Below are positions 48,684 to 61,635 of a stretch of DNA of 64,000 nucleotides, piece after piece. The notes under the pieces are model-generated. The model was not told where the DNA came from, ran no database searches, and saw only the letters and a program-made list of their open reading frames with translations. How positions within the stretch are numbered: the first letter of the stretch is position 1; each line of letters starts with the position of its first letter. The stretch covers positions 124,001 through 188,000 of the forward strand of contig NEEC01000024.1 in NCBI GenBank assembly GCA_002189035.1, read 5' to 3'. This DNA comes from Utricularia gibba. Its lineage: Eukaryota; Plantae; Magnoliophyta. The position numbers and the translations under genes were made by a program.

Positions 48684-51059
48684 TTGAGTTCTTCCATTCT
48701 TGCCTATTCAAAAAAAAAAAAAAAAAAAAAGAAACGTTCAAGCCAAGTCCTTCTTAGTACTTTTGGCTTTAGCACAAAGAAAAAAAAAAAAGGGTTCACA
48801 GAAAGTTGATTGAGAAGGAGCTCGAAATTGAGTGTCAATTGAATAGCAAGAGTACATTGAATATCATTCTCAAGTGTGTAAGAGTATAAGGAGTGTGAAG
48901 GTGAACATCCATCACCCATCACTATCATCCATTATTGTGTATGTTTTTTTTTGTGACCCATCTCTCTACTTTTCCCATTCCACAAAGCAACAACTTTATT
49001 GTTGTTTTTCTTATCTTCAATTTCCATCCCCTGTCATTTACGTGTCCCCACCCTTCCATTTGACTATTCTCTTTGTTGATTGTCCATTCCTGTATTTCTA
49101 CAGTTTAGCAAGCATCACATTTCGTGTGTAGTACTCTATTCTCTGATTTCATCTGTTGTTACCTTGTTATCCATCCCTCCTATTTATCTACTCCAACAAT
49201 CAACCAATTTCATTTAAAAACAATTCCCTTTGTGTCCATCATGAGATTATTACCACTGCCACCCTCACCTAACTCCATCATAATATCATAGTCAATACCA
49301 ATCTGGAAGTGATTAGTTCTTAAGGTGCCATGAGGTAAAGCATGATGATGTTATGGAGTGCATCAAGGACTTGAAGTTTGAGGATTGAATGGAGTGCCAT
49401 AGTGTGTAGGACTCTTACCTTCTTTGCTGCTCGTTTTCTTTTGTCCTGTATTTAGGATGTCAAATTCCAGAAGTGAGCATGAAAAGGATGACTCACCGGA
49501 TGAGAGGTTCACTTTGAAAGCTATGCAACAGGAATTCACAAGATTGCATCGCATTCTGGAAAACATAAATGTCAGGCTTGATGAACACGAAAATTCTTTG
49601 CAAAATGTTGCAAGAGCACGAAGACAAGATAATTATGCTGCTGGAAGGGGTCGAGGCAGTCAAATGCATCAACGCATCAACACTAAACATGACGTAAGTG
49701 ATCAACGAAGTGCAAGGACTGTTGGAAGAAGAGATCGAATCCTGAATACTGATGAAGAAGATGACTACATTGAACATAGTGAAAATGATTTTGTGCATGG
49801 GGATACAAGAAGATTTTGAGATCAGGGAGGTAGGAGAGATGGAGGAAGAATTGGAAAAGATGTTAACAACATCAAGATGAAGATACCTCAATTTCAAGGA
49901 AAGAATGATCCAGATGCATATCTCCAGTGGGAAACAAGAGTAGAACATGTCTTTGATTGCAACAATTTTTTTGAAGAAAAGAAAATCAGATTGGCCTCCA
50001 TGGAATTTAGTGACTATGCTGTAATTTGGTGGGATCAATTGGTAGCTAAAAGAAGGATTGACTCTGAAGAACCAATTCATACTTGGGCCGAGATGAAAAG
50101 AGTTATGAGGAGGCGGTTTGTTCTAAACCATTACCAAAGAGATGTTTATCAACGTTTGCAAAATCTCAAGCAGGGCTCAAGGCCAGTGGAGGAATATTGG
50201 CAGGAAATGGAGATCTTAATGATTAGAGCTCATGTTCATGAAAATAGGGAAGCAACTATGGCTAGGTTTCTTTATGGGATGAATAAGGAGATTTCAAATA
50301 TTGTGGAGATTCATAACTACATTGAGATGGAGGACATGATTCATATGGCCACAAAAGTTGAGAAACAACTCTCTAACAAGAGTTTTGCTCGAGATTTCAA
50401 CAAGAGACCTCCTGGTTCGAGATTTGGAGGCACCAAAGAGTTACTGGAGAGAAATAAGGGGAAGTTATCCAAAGAAAACTTGAAATTCGACATCCCATCA
50501 AGTTCCAAGCATGGGGAGCGAATACCACCTCCATAGGGCACTACAAGGAACATAAAATGTTTCAAATGTTTGGGGCATGGACATATTGCTTCTGAATGTC
50601 CAAATAAACGAGCAATGGTGATAAGAGGCAATGGAGAAGTGGTTAGTGAAGATGAGGATGATCTGGTGGAGACCGAAGCTGAATTGAGTGATGAGGATGA
50701 ATTGCCTGTTCTGGAGAAATCTTAGTCACTCGAAGAACACTTAACATTGGACTGAAGGATAATGATGAGCAAAGGGAAAACTTGTTTCAAACACGATGCT
50801 TTGTTAATGGGAAAGTTTGTAGCCTGATTATTGATGGAGGTAGTTGCACTAATGTTGCCAGCAACATCTTGGTGGAGAAATTGGGACTACCAACCATGAG
50901 GCACTCTAAGCCTTACAATTTGCAGTGGTTCAATGAGGGAAGTGAAGTGAAGGTTACCAAACAAGTGCTTGTGACGTTTTCCATAGGGAGATATGAAGAT
51001 GAAGTCTTATGTGATGTTGTCACTATGCATGCAAGTCATATTCTTCTTGGGAGGCCTTG
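48684..51059 (+). mobile_element. CRM module c (subfamily 2): leader, gag, zinc knuckle, protease; RT-RH-INT and PPT deleted
   Basis: The leader and gag N-terminus are highly similar to 51710-52835. [50 protein letters not shown]. The sequence jumps from HILLGRP to the LTR start. Confidence 0.9.
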
Positions 51060-51663
51060 TGATGAACCCCAGGAAGATAATGAAGTGTATTTGAAGAATG
51101 ATGAGGAGTTTGTTCAAGTGAACAAATTAGAAAGAAAGATGATTCCACCAGGACCAATGACTAGGAGCAAGACAAAGATGGTTGAAGATACACTTAAGGG
51201 TCTACTCAATACCATTGGAATCAAACATGGGCTTGAAGACATCCCATCAAAAGAGCTCAACTACTTGAAGATAGACTTAACTTAGAGCATTGGGCTTGTT
51301 AGACTTTTCTATTTCATTTAGTTTGGACTATGTAATGTAAGAGCCCAATTCTAAAGTATAAATACTCTAGAGATGTACTAATTTAGCATCTTTGGTCATT
51401 TTATGTATCTTGTGAGGATTCCCCTCTCATTTGAGTGCTTGAACACTCTTAACTTATCAAGCTTTGAGCTTGTGGCGTTCTAGGATTATCACTTCCAATC
51501 AATCTCTCTTTTCTGAAGTGTGGCTCCTAATTTTCTTTGTTTCGAAGTCTGGTTGCAAGAGATTTATTCTCTTGAGGGTAGACTTGGGTGGGTTCTCTTC
51601 TAAGCTTCAAAATCACCTCTTTTTTGTGGGTTGCTAATCTCTATAGATTAGAGGGTCACATCA
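51060..51663 (+). repeat. CRM LTR (604 bp, TGATG...CATCA) shared between modules c and d
   Basis: Typical CRM termini. It encodes the CR-like motif IPPGPMTRSKTKMVE and has TATAAATA near 51357. Confidence 0.92.
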
Positions 51664-51666
51664 TTT

Positions 51667-51678
51667 TGGTATCAGAGC
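51667..51678 (+). promoter_or_regulatory. Primer binding site (tRNA-iMet) of CRM module d
   Basis: TGGTATCAGAGC, 3 nt after the LTR end. Confidence 0.93.
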
Positions 51679-52499
51679 TTTGGGTTCCTTATCCTTATTA
51701 TTATCCAGTTCTTGTTTGAGTTCTTCCATTCCTGCCTATTCAAAAAAAAAAAAAAAAAAAAAAATCGTTCAAGTTAAGTCCTTATTACTTTTGGCTTTAG
51801 TACAAAAAAAAAAAGGGAGGTTCACAGGAAGTTGATTGAAGAAGAGCTCGAAATTGAGTGTCAATTGAATAGCAAGAACACATTGAATATCATTTTCAAG
51901 TGTGCAAGAGGATAAGGAGTGTGAAGGTGAACATCCATTACCCATCACTATCATCCATTATTATGTATGTTTAAATTGTGGCCCACCTCTCTACTTTTCC
52001 CATTCCACCAACCAACCACTTTATTGTTGTTTTTCTTATCTTCAATTCCCATCCCCTGTCATTCACGTGTCCCCACCTTTCCATTTGACTATTCTCTTTG
52101 TTGATTGCCCATTCCTGTATATCTATAGTTTAGCAAGCAACACATTTCGTGTGTAGTGCTCTATTCTCTGATTTCATCTGTTCTTACCTTGTTGTCCATC
52201 CTTCCTATTTATCTATTCCAACAAGCAACCAATTTAATTTAAACACTTCCCTTTGTCTCCATCTTGAGACTATTAATACTGCCACCCTCACCTAACTCCA
52301 TCATTACACTATAATCAATACCAATCTGGAAGTGATTAATTCGTTAGATGCCATGAGAACAAGCATGATGACATTAAAGAGTGCATCAAGGACTTGAAGC
52401 TTGAGTATTGAGTGGTAAATCTTGTGTGTGTTTCTTTGTTCTTTTTAGTTTAGTCTATTTTCTTCGTTGCTGCTCGTTTTCTTTTGTCCAGTATTTAGG

Positions 52500-55400
52500 A
52501 TGTCAAATTCCAGAAGTGAGCATGAAAAGGATGACTCACCGGATGGGAGGTTCACTTTGATAGCTATGCAACAGGAGTTCACTAGATTGCATCGCATTCT
52601 GGAAAACATAAATGTCAGGCTTGATGAACACGAAAATTCTTTGCAAAATGTTGCAAGAGCACGAAGACAAGATAATTATGCTGCTGGAAGGGGTCGAGGT
52701 AGTCAATTGCATCAACGCATCAACACTGAACATGACTTAAGTGATCAACGAAGTGCAAGGACTGTTGGAAGAAGAGATCGAACCCTGAATACTGATGAAG
52801 AAGATGACTACATTGAACATAGTGAAAATGATTTTGATGAGCAAAGGGAGAACTTGTTTCAAACCCGATGCTTTGTTAATAGGAAAGTTTGCAGCCTGAT
52901 TATTGATGGAGGTAGTTGCACCAATGTTGCTAGCAACATCTTGGTGGAGAAATTGGGACTACCCACCGTGAGGCATCCTAAGCCTTACAATCTGCAGTGG
53001 TTCAATGAAGGAAGTGAGGTAAAGGTTACCAAACAAGTGCTTGTGACGTTTTCCATAGGGAGATATGAAGATGAAGTCCTATGTGATGTTGTTCCTATGC
53101 ATGCAAGCCATATTCTTCTTGGGAGACCTTGGGAATATGACAGAAGAGCATTTCATGATGGTTTCAAGAACAAATATTCCTTCAATTATAATGGACGCTC
53201 CATCACACTTGCTCCATTATCTCCAAAGGAGGCACATGAAGATCAAGTCAGAATTCTGAGTGATGCTAGAGGCCTTCATACTGATAATGGAAAGCACAAG
53301 GTGGTCGTTCGTAAGGGAGAAGAGATGAGTGAAAAAAAGATGCGAAAAAGTGGAGAAAAAAGAAGAGATGGCAAGGAATTGAGTGGAAAAAAGGATGAAA
53401 ATGAGCACAAAACAGAGAGTGAAAACATGAGAGTTTTAGGAATTGAGAGAAAGAATGAGAGTCTATTAGCAAGACCAAGTGAGATTAGACACTTACTTCA
53501 TGCTAGGCAACCATTCATTCTACTCATGTATAAGGATGAAGTTCCTACTTCACCTAACCATGCTTCATCCATTCCATCTTGTGTTGTGTCTCTCTTACAG
53601 GTATATGAAGATGTTTTTCCAGAAGAACTTCAAGGCTTACCTCCCCTTAGAGGGATTGAGCATCAAATTGACCTTGTCCCTGGAGCACAACTCCCAAACC
53701 GACCAGCATACCGAGCCAATCCAGAGGAGACGAAGGAAATACAAAAACAAGTTGAGGAATTGGTGTCTAAAGGATTTGTGCGTGAGAGCATGAGTCCTTG
53801 CTCGGTGCCGGTGTTATTGGTTCCAAAGTCTGATGGAACTTGGCGGATGTGCACTGATTGTCGCGCCATCAACAACATCACAATCAAGTATAGACATCCT
53901 ATCCCTAGACTTGAAGATATGCTTGATGAATTGCATGGTGCTTGTGTTTTTAGTAAGATTGATTTGAGAAGTGGATATCATCAGATTAGAATGAAGGAAG
54001 GTGATGAGTGGAAAACTGCTTTTAAAACTAAGTTTGGTTTGTATGAGTGGGTTGTTATCCCTTTTGGGTTAACCAATGCTCCTAGCACCTTTATGAGATT
54101 GATGAATCACGTTCTTAGGCCTTTTATAGGTAGATTTGTTGTTGTTTATTTTGATGATATTCTGATCTATAGTAAAAGTATTGAGGAACATGTAGGGCAT
54201 TTAAAAGATGTGTTAGATACTCTTAGAAAAGAGAAGTTGTTTGCTAATATCAAAAAGTGTGTCTTTTGCACAAATAGTGTCTCTTTTCTTGGATATGTTG
54301 TAAGTAATGCAGGAGTAGCTGTGGATGAAGAGAAAGTAAGAGCAATCAAAGAATGGCCAACACCTACATCAGTGGGTGAAGTTAGGAGTTTTCATGGTTT
54401 AGCAAGTTTCTATAGACGGTTTGTTAGGTACTTCAGTTCTATAGCAGCACCCCTCACCCAGTTGATCAAGAAAAATCATGCATTTCATTGGGGAGATGAG
54501 CAGGAACATGCTTTCAAACAACTCAAGAATAAGCTTTGCTCAACACCTCTCCTAGCACTTCCAAATTTTTCTGATACTTTTGAAATTGAATGTGATGCAT
54601 CAGGTTTAGGGATTGGTGCTGTGTTGATGCAAAAGGGACGTCCACTTGCTTATTTTAGTGAGAAGCTTCATGGTGCCACCCTCAACTATCCAACATATGA
54701 CAAAGAGTTGTATGCGTTGGTTAGAGCTTTGGAGACATGGCAGCACTACTTATGGCCTAAGGAGTTCGTGATACACACTGATCATGAGTCTCTCAAACAT
54801 TTGAAGGCTCAAGTAAAGCTGAATAGAAGACATGCTAAGTGGGTGGAATTCATTGACACATTCCCATATGTGATCAAATACAAGAAAGGTAAGGAGAATG
54901 TGGTTGCTGATGCTTTATCTCGAAGGTACACTCTCTTAGCCAATCTTGATGCAAGAATTCTTGGATTTGCTTCCATCATTGACTTATATGTTCATGATCA
55001 CGATTTTGGGGATATTTATAAGGCATGTGAACTTGCTACATCTGGACTATTCTTAAGGAAAGATGGTTTTCTTTATAGGAAAGATAGGCTGTGCATTCCT
55101 TCTTGCTCCATACGTGATTTGATTGATAGAGAAGCTCATGGTGGGGGACTAATGGGACATTTTGGTGTTAAAAAGACTCTTAATACTCTCACCCAACATT
55201 TCTTTTGGCCACACATGAGAAGGGATGTTGAAAGAATTTGTTCTAGATGTATCTCTTGTAGGAAGGCTAAATCAACCACTGCCCCTAATGGTTTGTATAC
55301 TCCACTCCCTACTCCTTCCCAACCATGGGTGGACATTTCTATGGACTTTGTTTTAGGCTTACCTCGTACCCAAAGGGGTAGAGATTCAATTTTCGTTGTT

Positions 55401-55910
55401 GTGGACAGGTTTTCAAAGATGGCACACTTTATTCCCTGCCATAAAACTGATGATGCATCTCATGTGGCTGATCTCTTCTTTAGGGAAGTTGTTAGACTTC
55501 ATGGTATGCCCCTAACTATTGTCTCTGATCGAGATGCAAGGTTTCTTAGTCACTTTTGGAGAGTTCTTTGGAGTAAACTTGGCACTAAGCTGTTATACTC
55601 AACAACATGTCACCCTCAAACCGATGGACAAATTGAGGTAACTAATCGCACACTTTCTACCTTACTTAGGATTATGATTAAATCAAATCTTAATACTTGG
55701 GAGGAATGTTTGCCACTTGTTGAGTTTGCTTACAGTAGAACCATGCATCTCACTACTAAATTATCTCCCTTTGAAGTGGTTAATGTATTTAATCCTCTTA
55801 CACCTTTGGATATGTTACCTTTGCTTTGTGATGAGAAAGTTAGTTTAGATGGCAAGAAGAGAGCTGATGCAATCAGAAGATTGCATGAAAAGGTGAAACA
55901 ACAGATTTAA
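52500..55910 (+). CDS. CRM module d polyprotein: gag N-terminal stub fused in frame to PR-RT-RH-INT; premature stop, then INT C-terminus to ~56128
   Basis: Uninterrupted ORF of ~1136 codons from ATG 52500: [78 protein letters not shown]. The capsid and knuckle are absent. Confidence 0.9.
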   Translation: MSNSRSEHEKDDSPDGRFTLIAMQQEFTRLHRILENINVRLDEHENSLQNVARARRQDNYAAGRGRGSQLHQRINTEHDLSDQRSARTVGRRDRTLNTDEEDDYIEHSENDFDEQRENLFQTRCFVNRKVCSLIIDGGSCTNVASNILVEKLGLPTVRHPKPYNLQWFNEGSEVKVTKQVLVTFSIGRYEDEVLCDVVPMHASHILLGRPWEYDRRAFHDGFKNKYSFNYNGRSITLAPLSPKEAHEDQVRILSDARGLHTDNGKHKVVVRKGEEMSEKKMRKSGEKRRDGKELSGKKDENEHKTESENMRVLGIERKNESLLARPSEIRHLLHARQPFILLMYKDEVPTSPNHASSIPSCVVSLLQVYEDVFPEELQGLPPLRGIEHQIDLVPGAQLPNRPAYRANPEETKEIQKQVEELVSKGFVRESMSPCSVPVLLVPKSDGTWRMCTDCRAINNITIKYRHPIPRLEDMLDELHGACVFSKIDLRSGYHQIRMKEGDEWKTAFKTKFGLYEWVVIPFGLTNAPSTFMRLMNHVLRPFIGRFVVVYFDDILIYSKSIEEHVGHLKDVLDTLRKEKLFANIKKCVFCTNSVSFLGYVVSNAGVAVDEEKVRAIKEWPTPTSVGEVRSFHGLASFYRRFVRYFSSIAAPLTQLIKKNHAFHWGDEQEHAFKQLKNKLCSTPLLALPNFSDTFEIECDASGLGIGAVLMQKGRPLAYFSEKLHGATLNYPTYDKELYALVRALETWQHYLWPKEFVIHTDHESLKHLKAQVKLNRRHAKWVEFIDTFPYVIKYKKGKENVVADALSRRYTLLANLDARILGFASIIDLYVHDHDFGDIYKACELATSGLFLRKDGFLYRKDRLCIPSCSIRDLIDREAHGGGLMGHFGVKKTLNTLTQHFFWPHMRRDVERICSRCISCRKAKSTTAPNGLYTPLPTPSQPWVDISMDFVLGLPRTQRGRDSIFVVVDRFSKMAHFIPCHKTDDASHVADLFFREVVRLHGMPLTIVSDRDARFLSHFWRVLWSKLGTKLLYSTTCHPQTDGQIEVTNRTLSTLLRIMIKSNLNTWEECLPLVEFAYSRTMHLTTKLSPFEVVNVFNPLTPLDMLPLLCDEKVSLDGKKRADAIRRLHEKVKQQI

Positions 55911-56128
55911 TGCAACAATGCAAAGTATGCATCAGCAGCAAACAAGGGGAGGCGCAAAGTTGTATATGAATCTGGAGATTGGGTTTGGCTTCATCTCAGG
56001 AAGAAGAGATTTCCCACCAAGAGGAAGTCAAAACTTCTACCTCGTGGAGATGGCCCTTTCCAAGTTGTTGAGCGCGTGAATGATAATGCATACAAGTTAG
56101 GTTTACCAGGTGAGTATTCTGTTCATTA

Positions 56129-57343
56129 ACTTCTTGGGGTTCATCATTTCTGGCTCATCTTCAATGTAGGTAAATGATGGATGTGATTTTTTATCCCTAG
56201 AGGTAGCCTTCTTGTTATGCTCAACTTTGATTGGATTTGATATTCCAGATACCTTGTCAAGATGGCCTCTTTGATTGCATTTCGTGCACAAAGCATCAGG
56301 TTTCCACCAACAAAACTCACTCCTTGTATTCTGTTTGTTGCAATGCTTGCAAACATTTGTGCTTAAAGTGCAACAATCTTCACTTTTGTGATTGGATTTA
56401 TCACAATGCCTGCACTTCTGATTACCCATCGTTGATGTTCGGATCGACGTTGGTGATTGTTTGATGGCTGTTGACTTGACAACCTTGACATCATTAATTG
56501 CACCTGAATTTATATTCATATTCTGCATTATGGTGAGTAGAGCGGCTTCACCATAAGTTTTTTCAACTTCATAACCATATTTTAGTTCCAATCTCTTTTC
56601 TGTAGATTGTAACTCAATCATGAACTCTCTAAATGTTGGCTATAGTGTAATTGAATATTCAGGATACAGCTGATGGAGCTTTACTTCAATAATGTCAAAG
56701 ATTTTTCTTTCTGTCTCAAGTGCACATAACTTTGGCTCGAATCTTGCAGGTAAGCTCATGATTGACTTGCTAATCACCTTTTGATCCTCAAGTATTTCCC
56801 CCAATCCTCGAATCTCCTTCACAAGCTTCGCAGTACGTTCATAATAGACTTGTATGGTTTCATTGTCAAACATTTTGTTCCTCTCAAAGTCCTCCATCTT
56901 GTTTTTGAATAATATCTCTCTTAGTTTGGCATCGCCTACATAATGGGATTTGAGAGTATCCCTATATTTCTTTCGCTAATTGACACTCTGCAATATCATC
57001 AAACAGATGTTCAAATATGGCTTGATATAAGACATCCATTGCTTCATCTTTGGAAGGAACAAAGGGATAATTCGTATGAGATCACCTTGGATGAAAAACG
57101 ACTCATGAACAATAAGAATGACCGAAAACCTAATTGACACGCATTCCTAGTAGGGTTTATATATACCCAATACCTAGGTTACCTAACAGTGGGCCACAAT
57201 CATTGAAAACACACAAAAAAACCCTACAACTTGAACCCAACACTTCCATGCTCAAACCCAACTCCTTTTTATTTGAAACATGACATTATGAGACAAGATT
57301 AATGTTTCCAATCACCTTCAACCTTTGGATTGAGGCTAATCTC
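56129..57343 (-). mobile_element. Deleted copy of the short-LTR copia: partial LTR joined to the middle of gag
   Basis: 56129-57050 is the reverse complement of ~62255-63165 (MIELQSTEKRLEL...CRHCDKSNHKSEDC). ~57075-57343 is an LTR copy lacking both ends. Confidence 0.9.
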
Positions 57344-57344
57344 A

Positions 57345-57908
57345 GACGTGCAGATTGCCCTTAGTATTGGGAATGTAACTTTCAATGATTGTGGCCCACC
57401 GAATTGAGGGCAGCATACCGAATTGGTTGATACCAGGTTAGCCGAGGATCACGTTATACGAGACTTCCGAATCCAGAATCATGAATTCTAATCTTTTGGT
57501 TTGGCTTCGCCCTGCCGCACGGAACGTCACAAGTAGGATTATTTTCCCAATAGTTTGTACGGCCCGTAGATCGAATGCGTGTAACTCCATACGGATCGGG
57601 CGGATATCCCTCTCTTTAGATGACGCCAGTAGCTCGGCAACTTATTTTTTCATAATTTTGCAGGATGATCCCTGATAGATGAGGATCCTTCTCACGTTGG
57701 TGCTCCCGCATATCCTCGCTACCGCCAAAGGTTCATTTCGTGTGGAAAAAAAATCACGGAGCTGTCGGAGCTTGCTGGAGAAAGCTTTTACTAGAGGGAT
57801 GTCGTGAAGAATAGTACGGGTGGGAGGCTTGAGATCCCACTCCCTCTGTGTTATGATTTCTTCTATAGGGAAGGCCGGCCAACCCGAATCATGAGATTCG
57901 CAGGTGTC
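57345..57908 (-). mobile_element. Diverged Tat-family fragment: distal LTR part joined to a protease remnant
   Basis: The minus strand gives RRILIYQGSSCKIMKK and FGITLSSA-PGINQFGMLPS. ~57740-57908 is homologous to the Tat LTR segment around CTATAAATAG...GAGCTCCGGCAGCTCCG. Confidence 0.8.
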
Positions 57909-59080
57909 TGTAGATGCAAGAAAAAGAGAGTCTTGGGAAGTAACAAAAAGGTAATGCTTCTGAGATCACCTTGGATGAAAAACGACTCATGAACAATAAT
58001 GACCGAAACCCTATTGACACGCATTCTTAGTAGGGTTTATATATACCCAATACCTAGGTTACCCAACAGTGGGCCACAATTATTGAAAACACACAAAAAG
58101 CCCAACAACTCGAATCCAACACTTCCATGCTCGAACTCAACACCTTTTTAATCTGAAATATAACATTATGACACAAGATTAGTGCTTCCAATCACCTTCA
58201 AACTTTGGATTGAGGCTGATCTCCAACACTCCCCCCCAGACAGAGATCTCCCAACTTGAGAAAGTCTTCTATAGTCATGAGATTCATGTTCTTCCTTGCT
58301 AGCTCAAACTGAACTCTGTTCAAACCTTTGGTGAGCCCATCAGCAAGCTGATTCTCACTCTCAACATACTGCACTTTAATCTTCTTCTCCTTGATGTAAT
58401 TCCTTATAACAGGATTCTTATGTGCTTGGCTTTGCTGAAGTTCGTTGGATCTTTGGCAATGGAGATTGCAGCTCGATTATCCATAAGCAGATGTGTAGCT
58501 TCCTTTTGTATGAATCCAAGTTCGTTTAGCATCTGCCTCAACCAAACACAATAGTTCGAAGCATGTGCTGCTGAGATGTATTCTGCTTCAGCTGTTGATT
58601 GTGCTACCACTTTTTGTTTCTTCGAAAACCAGACTATAGGGGTCTTATTTAAGAAGAAGAGTGCACCAGATGTGCTCTTGCTATCTTCAGCCATACCATA
58701 ATCACTATCTGAGTAGGCTCTAAGTTTCAAGACTGGTTTTTCACCTTCATAGGGATAGAACAATCCGAAATCAGTAGTAGATTTTATGTATCTGAAAGCT
58801 CTTTTCACAGCTGCCATGTGAGTTGTTGTTGGTTTGTTGAGGAAGCGAGATAAGACATTTACACAAAAACACAAGTCAGGCCTTGTATGCTGGAGATAAA
58901 TGAGGCTTCCAATCATACTTCTATAAGTAGTGGCATCCACATTCTTTCCCTGATTGTTCTCTCCAATCACTTGTTTGTAATCCAAAGGCGTTTTTGAAGG
59001 ATTGACATCTTTGAACCCAAACCTTTCAAGAAGTTCATTACAGTACTTTTTCTGAGATATGAATGTTCCAACACCTTCAA
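57909..59080 (-). mobile_element. 3' half of the short-LTR copia: end of RT, RNase H, PPT, 3' LTR (57909-58228)
   Basis: FISQKKYCNELL, YRSMIGSLIYLQHTRPDL, AYSDSDY, QSTAEAEYISA, DNRAAISIAKDP. The PPT (minus) GGGGGGGAG abuts TGTTGG. Confidence 0.93.
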
Positions 59081-59146
59081 GGTGACTTAACCCCTTTGTA
59101 GCTTGGAGAAATAACATTAAAATGGTTACATATATTGTCAGGACCC

Positions 59147-59466
59147 TGTTGATGCAAGAAAAAGAGAGTCTTGGGAAGTAACAAAAAGGTAATGCTTCTG
59201 AGATCACCTTGGATGAAAAACGACTCATGAACAATAATGACCGAAACCCTATTGACACGCATTCTTAGTAGGGTTTATATATACCCAATACCTAGGTTAC
59301 CCAACAGTGGGCCACAATTATTGAAAACACACAAAAAGCCCAACAACTCGAATCCAACACTTGCATGCTCGAACTCAACACCTTTTTAATTTGAAATATA
59401 ACATTATGACACAAGATTAGTGCTTCCAATCACCTTCAAACTTTGGATTGAGGCTGATCTCCAACA
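59147..59466 (-). mobile_element. Solo LTR of the short-LTR copia family, TSD GACCC
   Basis: TGTTG...CAACA with GACCC on both sides. Only a few mismatches to the 57909 and 61636 LTRs. Confidence 0.95.
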
Positions 59467-60239
59467 GACCCTTGCCCAGGGCGCAAGAGGCATGAGGCAT
59501 GACTGCCAAGTCCCATCAAACGTTATGACTCAAGGCGACTTAACCCCTTTGTAACATGGAGAAATATCGTTAAGATGGGTACATGTATACTAACTCAAAA
59601 CCGTTCAAACAAGGAAAAGGAACTATGTCCAGCTTACTAAGCATATTCCTCACAACGTAGATAAGGTTCAAAGAGTTATTCTTGATCTACCACAACTTCT
59701 ACAGCTAAACTCCTACTTTGGTTGATCACCAGACCTTCTGCCATTCCCCTATACACCTGGAACAAGTTAAAACATAGAGTGGTCATGCTACTGAAGTTTA
59801 GTAAAAGATAAACATGAATGAAGTGAAAAAAAGGTGTTTGAGCATAAAGACTCAAAGTCAAGCACATATCCAAGTAGTGAGTCCCATTGTCTATCTTTGC
59901 CCAATCCCCTTGATCTTTCAGCTTAGGCATCACCTCCAGATCTTAGGAAATGAGTCATGTATTGCCTAAGTCCTTTAGTAGTGTTCAGAAGAGCCACCAA
60001 CCAAACAACACCTCTAAACTTAGACCATAGCATGCATAAAACATGTTCTCTGGTCTTTCTTGGTTGGCTTATCCCATAGGGATGCCTCAGACATGTCTGA
60101 CATATTTAGCCATGAATCCCATGGTTAAAACCATGTTGCTAGGAGTGTGGGTCGACACTCCTCTCCATTTCCTAACATATATTTACATAGCACATAGAGA
60201 AGGAATATTGAGCACTTCATACACTTCCTGCACAAGTGA

Positions 60240-61430
60240 GGAACCATCGCGCAGGAAGAGATAGGTATGTGCACAGGGAGCAGAATGCTAATAGATTTGC
60301 TATTGATCCCTGGGATGAAGTCCCTTTCGGTGATGACATTCAACACACGAAGAAGCCTTGTCGCATTGCTGCACTAGCCATTAACGTGCGGAGATTCCAA
60401 CTCCAGCCTTCATTGATCACCATGGTGCAACAAAGCCCATTTCGTGGAGAACCCGGTGAGGATCCCGAAGAACACATTGCAATTTTTCTCAGGTATTGTG
60501 ACATGGTGGTGGAACGAGGAGTCTCTGACGACGCGATCAGGTTACGTTTATTTCCATTTTCGTTATGGGGATTAGCAAGGAGATGGTTAAACTCTTTGAC
60601 ACCCAACTCTATTTTCACTTGGGAAGAATTGGAGGATGCATTTTTGGACAAATATTTTAAACCCACAAAGTACTCTAACACCAGGTTTGAGATCACCAAT
60701 TTTTCACAGGATGAAGGAGAAGGAATAGCAGCAGCTTGGGAGAGATTTAAGGAAATTACACGAGTCACGGATAAGCATGGACTCAGCCCCACTACTATGA
60801 TCATGTGCTTTCATGATGGACTGACTACGCAAGCAAAGGGACTGCTTAATGGAGGTGTTGGACCCCTGGACCAGGTAAGTCCTAGAAGGGCTTGGGGACT
60901 AATTGAAGAGTTTTCAAAACAATAGGCACGATGGTCTCAACCAGTAAGGAATTCGAAAACTGGAGTTCGGGACAACCCATGTGACACTAACATCTCAAAG
61001 ATTTCCGAAACATTGCAAAAATTAGATGATAAAATCAGCAAATTCCAGTCTGTCATTGCTCAAGTCCAAGCAGGCTCAGAGAAGACAGAGAGTGAGGTAG
61101 AAGAGGAAGGTACGAATGTTAATTATGTAAATTTTCAGGGAAAACTTGTGAAAGGAGCTTCTATGCCTGCGCAAGGGAACAACTAGGGAAATCGGGGCAA
61201 CACTTGGTGGAACCAGAATTAGAACCAGCAGCAACCCCAACGACCATTCTTACAGGATACACTCAATCAATTCATGTAGAAACAGGAAGGGCTGAACCAA
61301 GGAATGCTGGAGCAAATCAAACAAGTAAATGGATTGGTGGTTGAACAACTTAAGCAAATAAGAGGAGAAATTTCAGACCAAAAGACAAGGGTGATTGAAA
61401 TGAATGAGCATCTGGAGCAACTCGAGATAA
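60240..61430 (+). pseudogene. Athila-like gypsy gag, decayed
   Basis: FQLQPSLITMVQQSPFRGEPGEDPEEHIAIFLRYCD...DAIRLRLFPFSLWGLARRWLNSL..TWEEL..AFLDKYF...AAAWERFKE, followed by stops and a Q/N-rich tail. Confidence 0.85.
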
Positions 61431-61439
61431 CAAATCGGT

Positions 61440-61635
61440 TGAGGATAATCGGTTTCTTGAAAGGCTGCCCAGTGAGGTTTTTGATGAGACAATGCCTGTC
61501 GACAAATCGATATGTGTTAGAAGATCTGACAAGGGTGGTATGGCTGAGTCTGAATAGTAACCGAGTCACGGCAGAATGGGCAGCGATTGTCTGAAAAGCA
61601 AGATCATAGCACAAGTATAGAAAGGTACCCGACAC
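61440..61635 (+). repeat. Proximal part of a diverged Tat-family LTR (target of the copia insertion)
   Basis: Aligns to ~15845-16030 (ATAATCGGTT..AAAGGCTGCC, TCTGACA, TCTGAAAAGC.AGATC). Confidence 0.8.
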
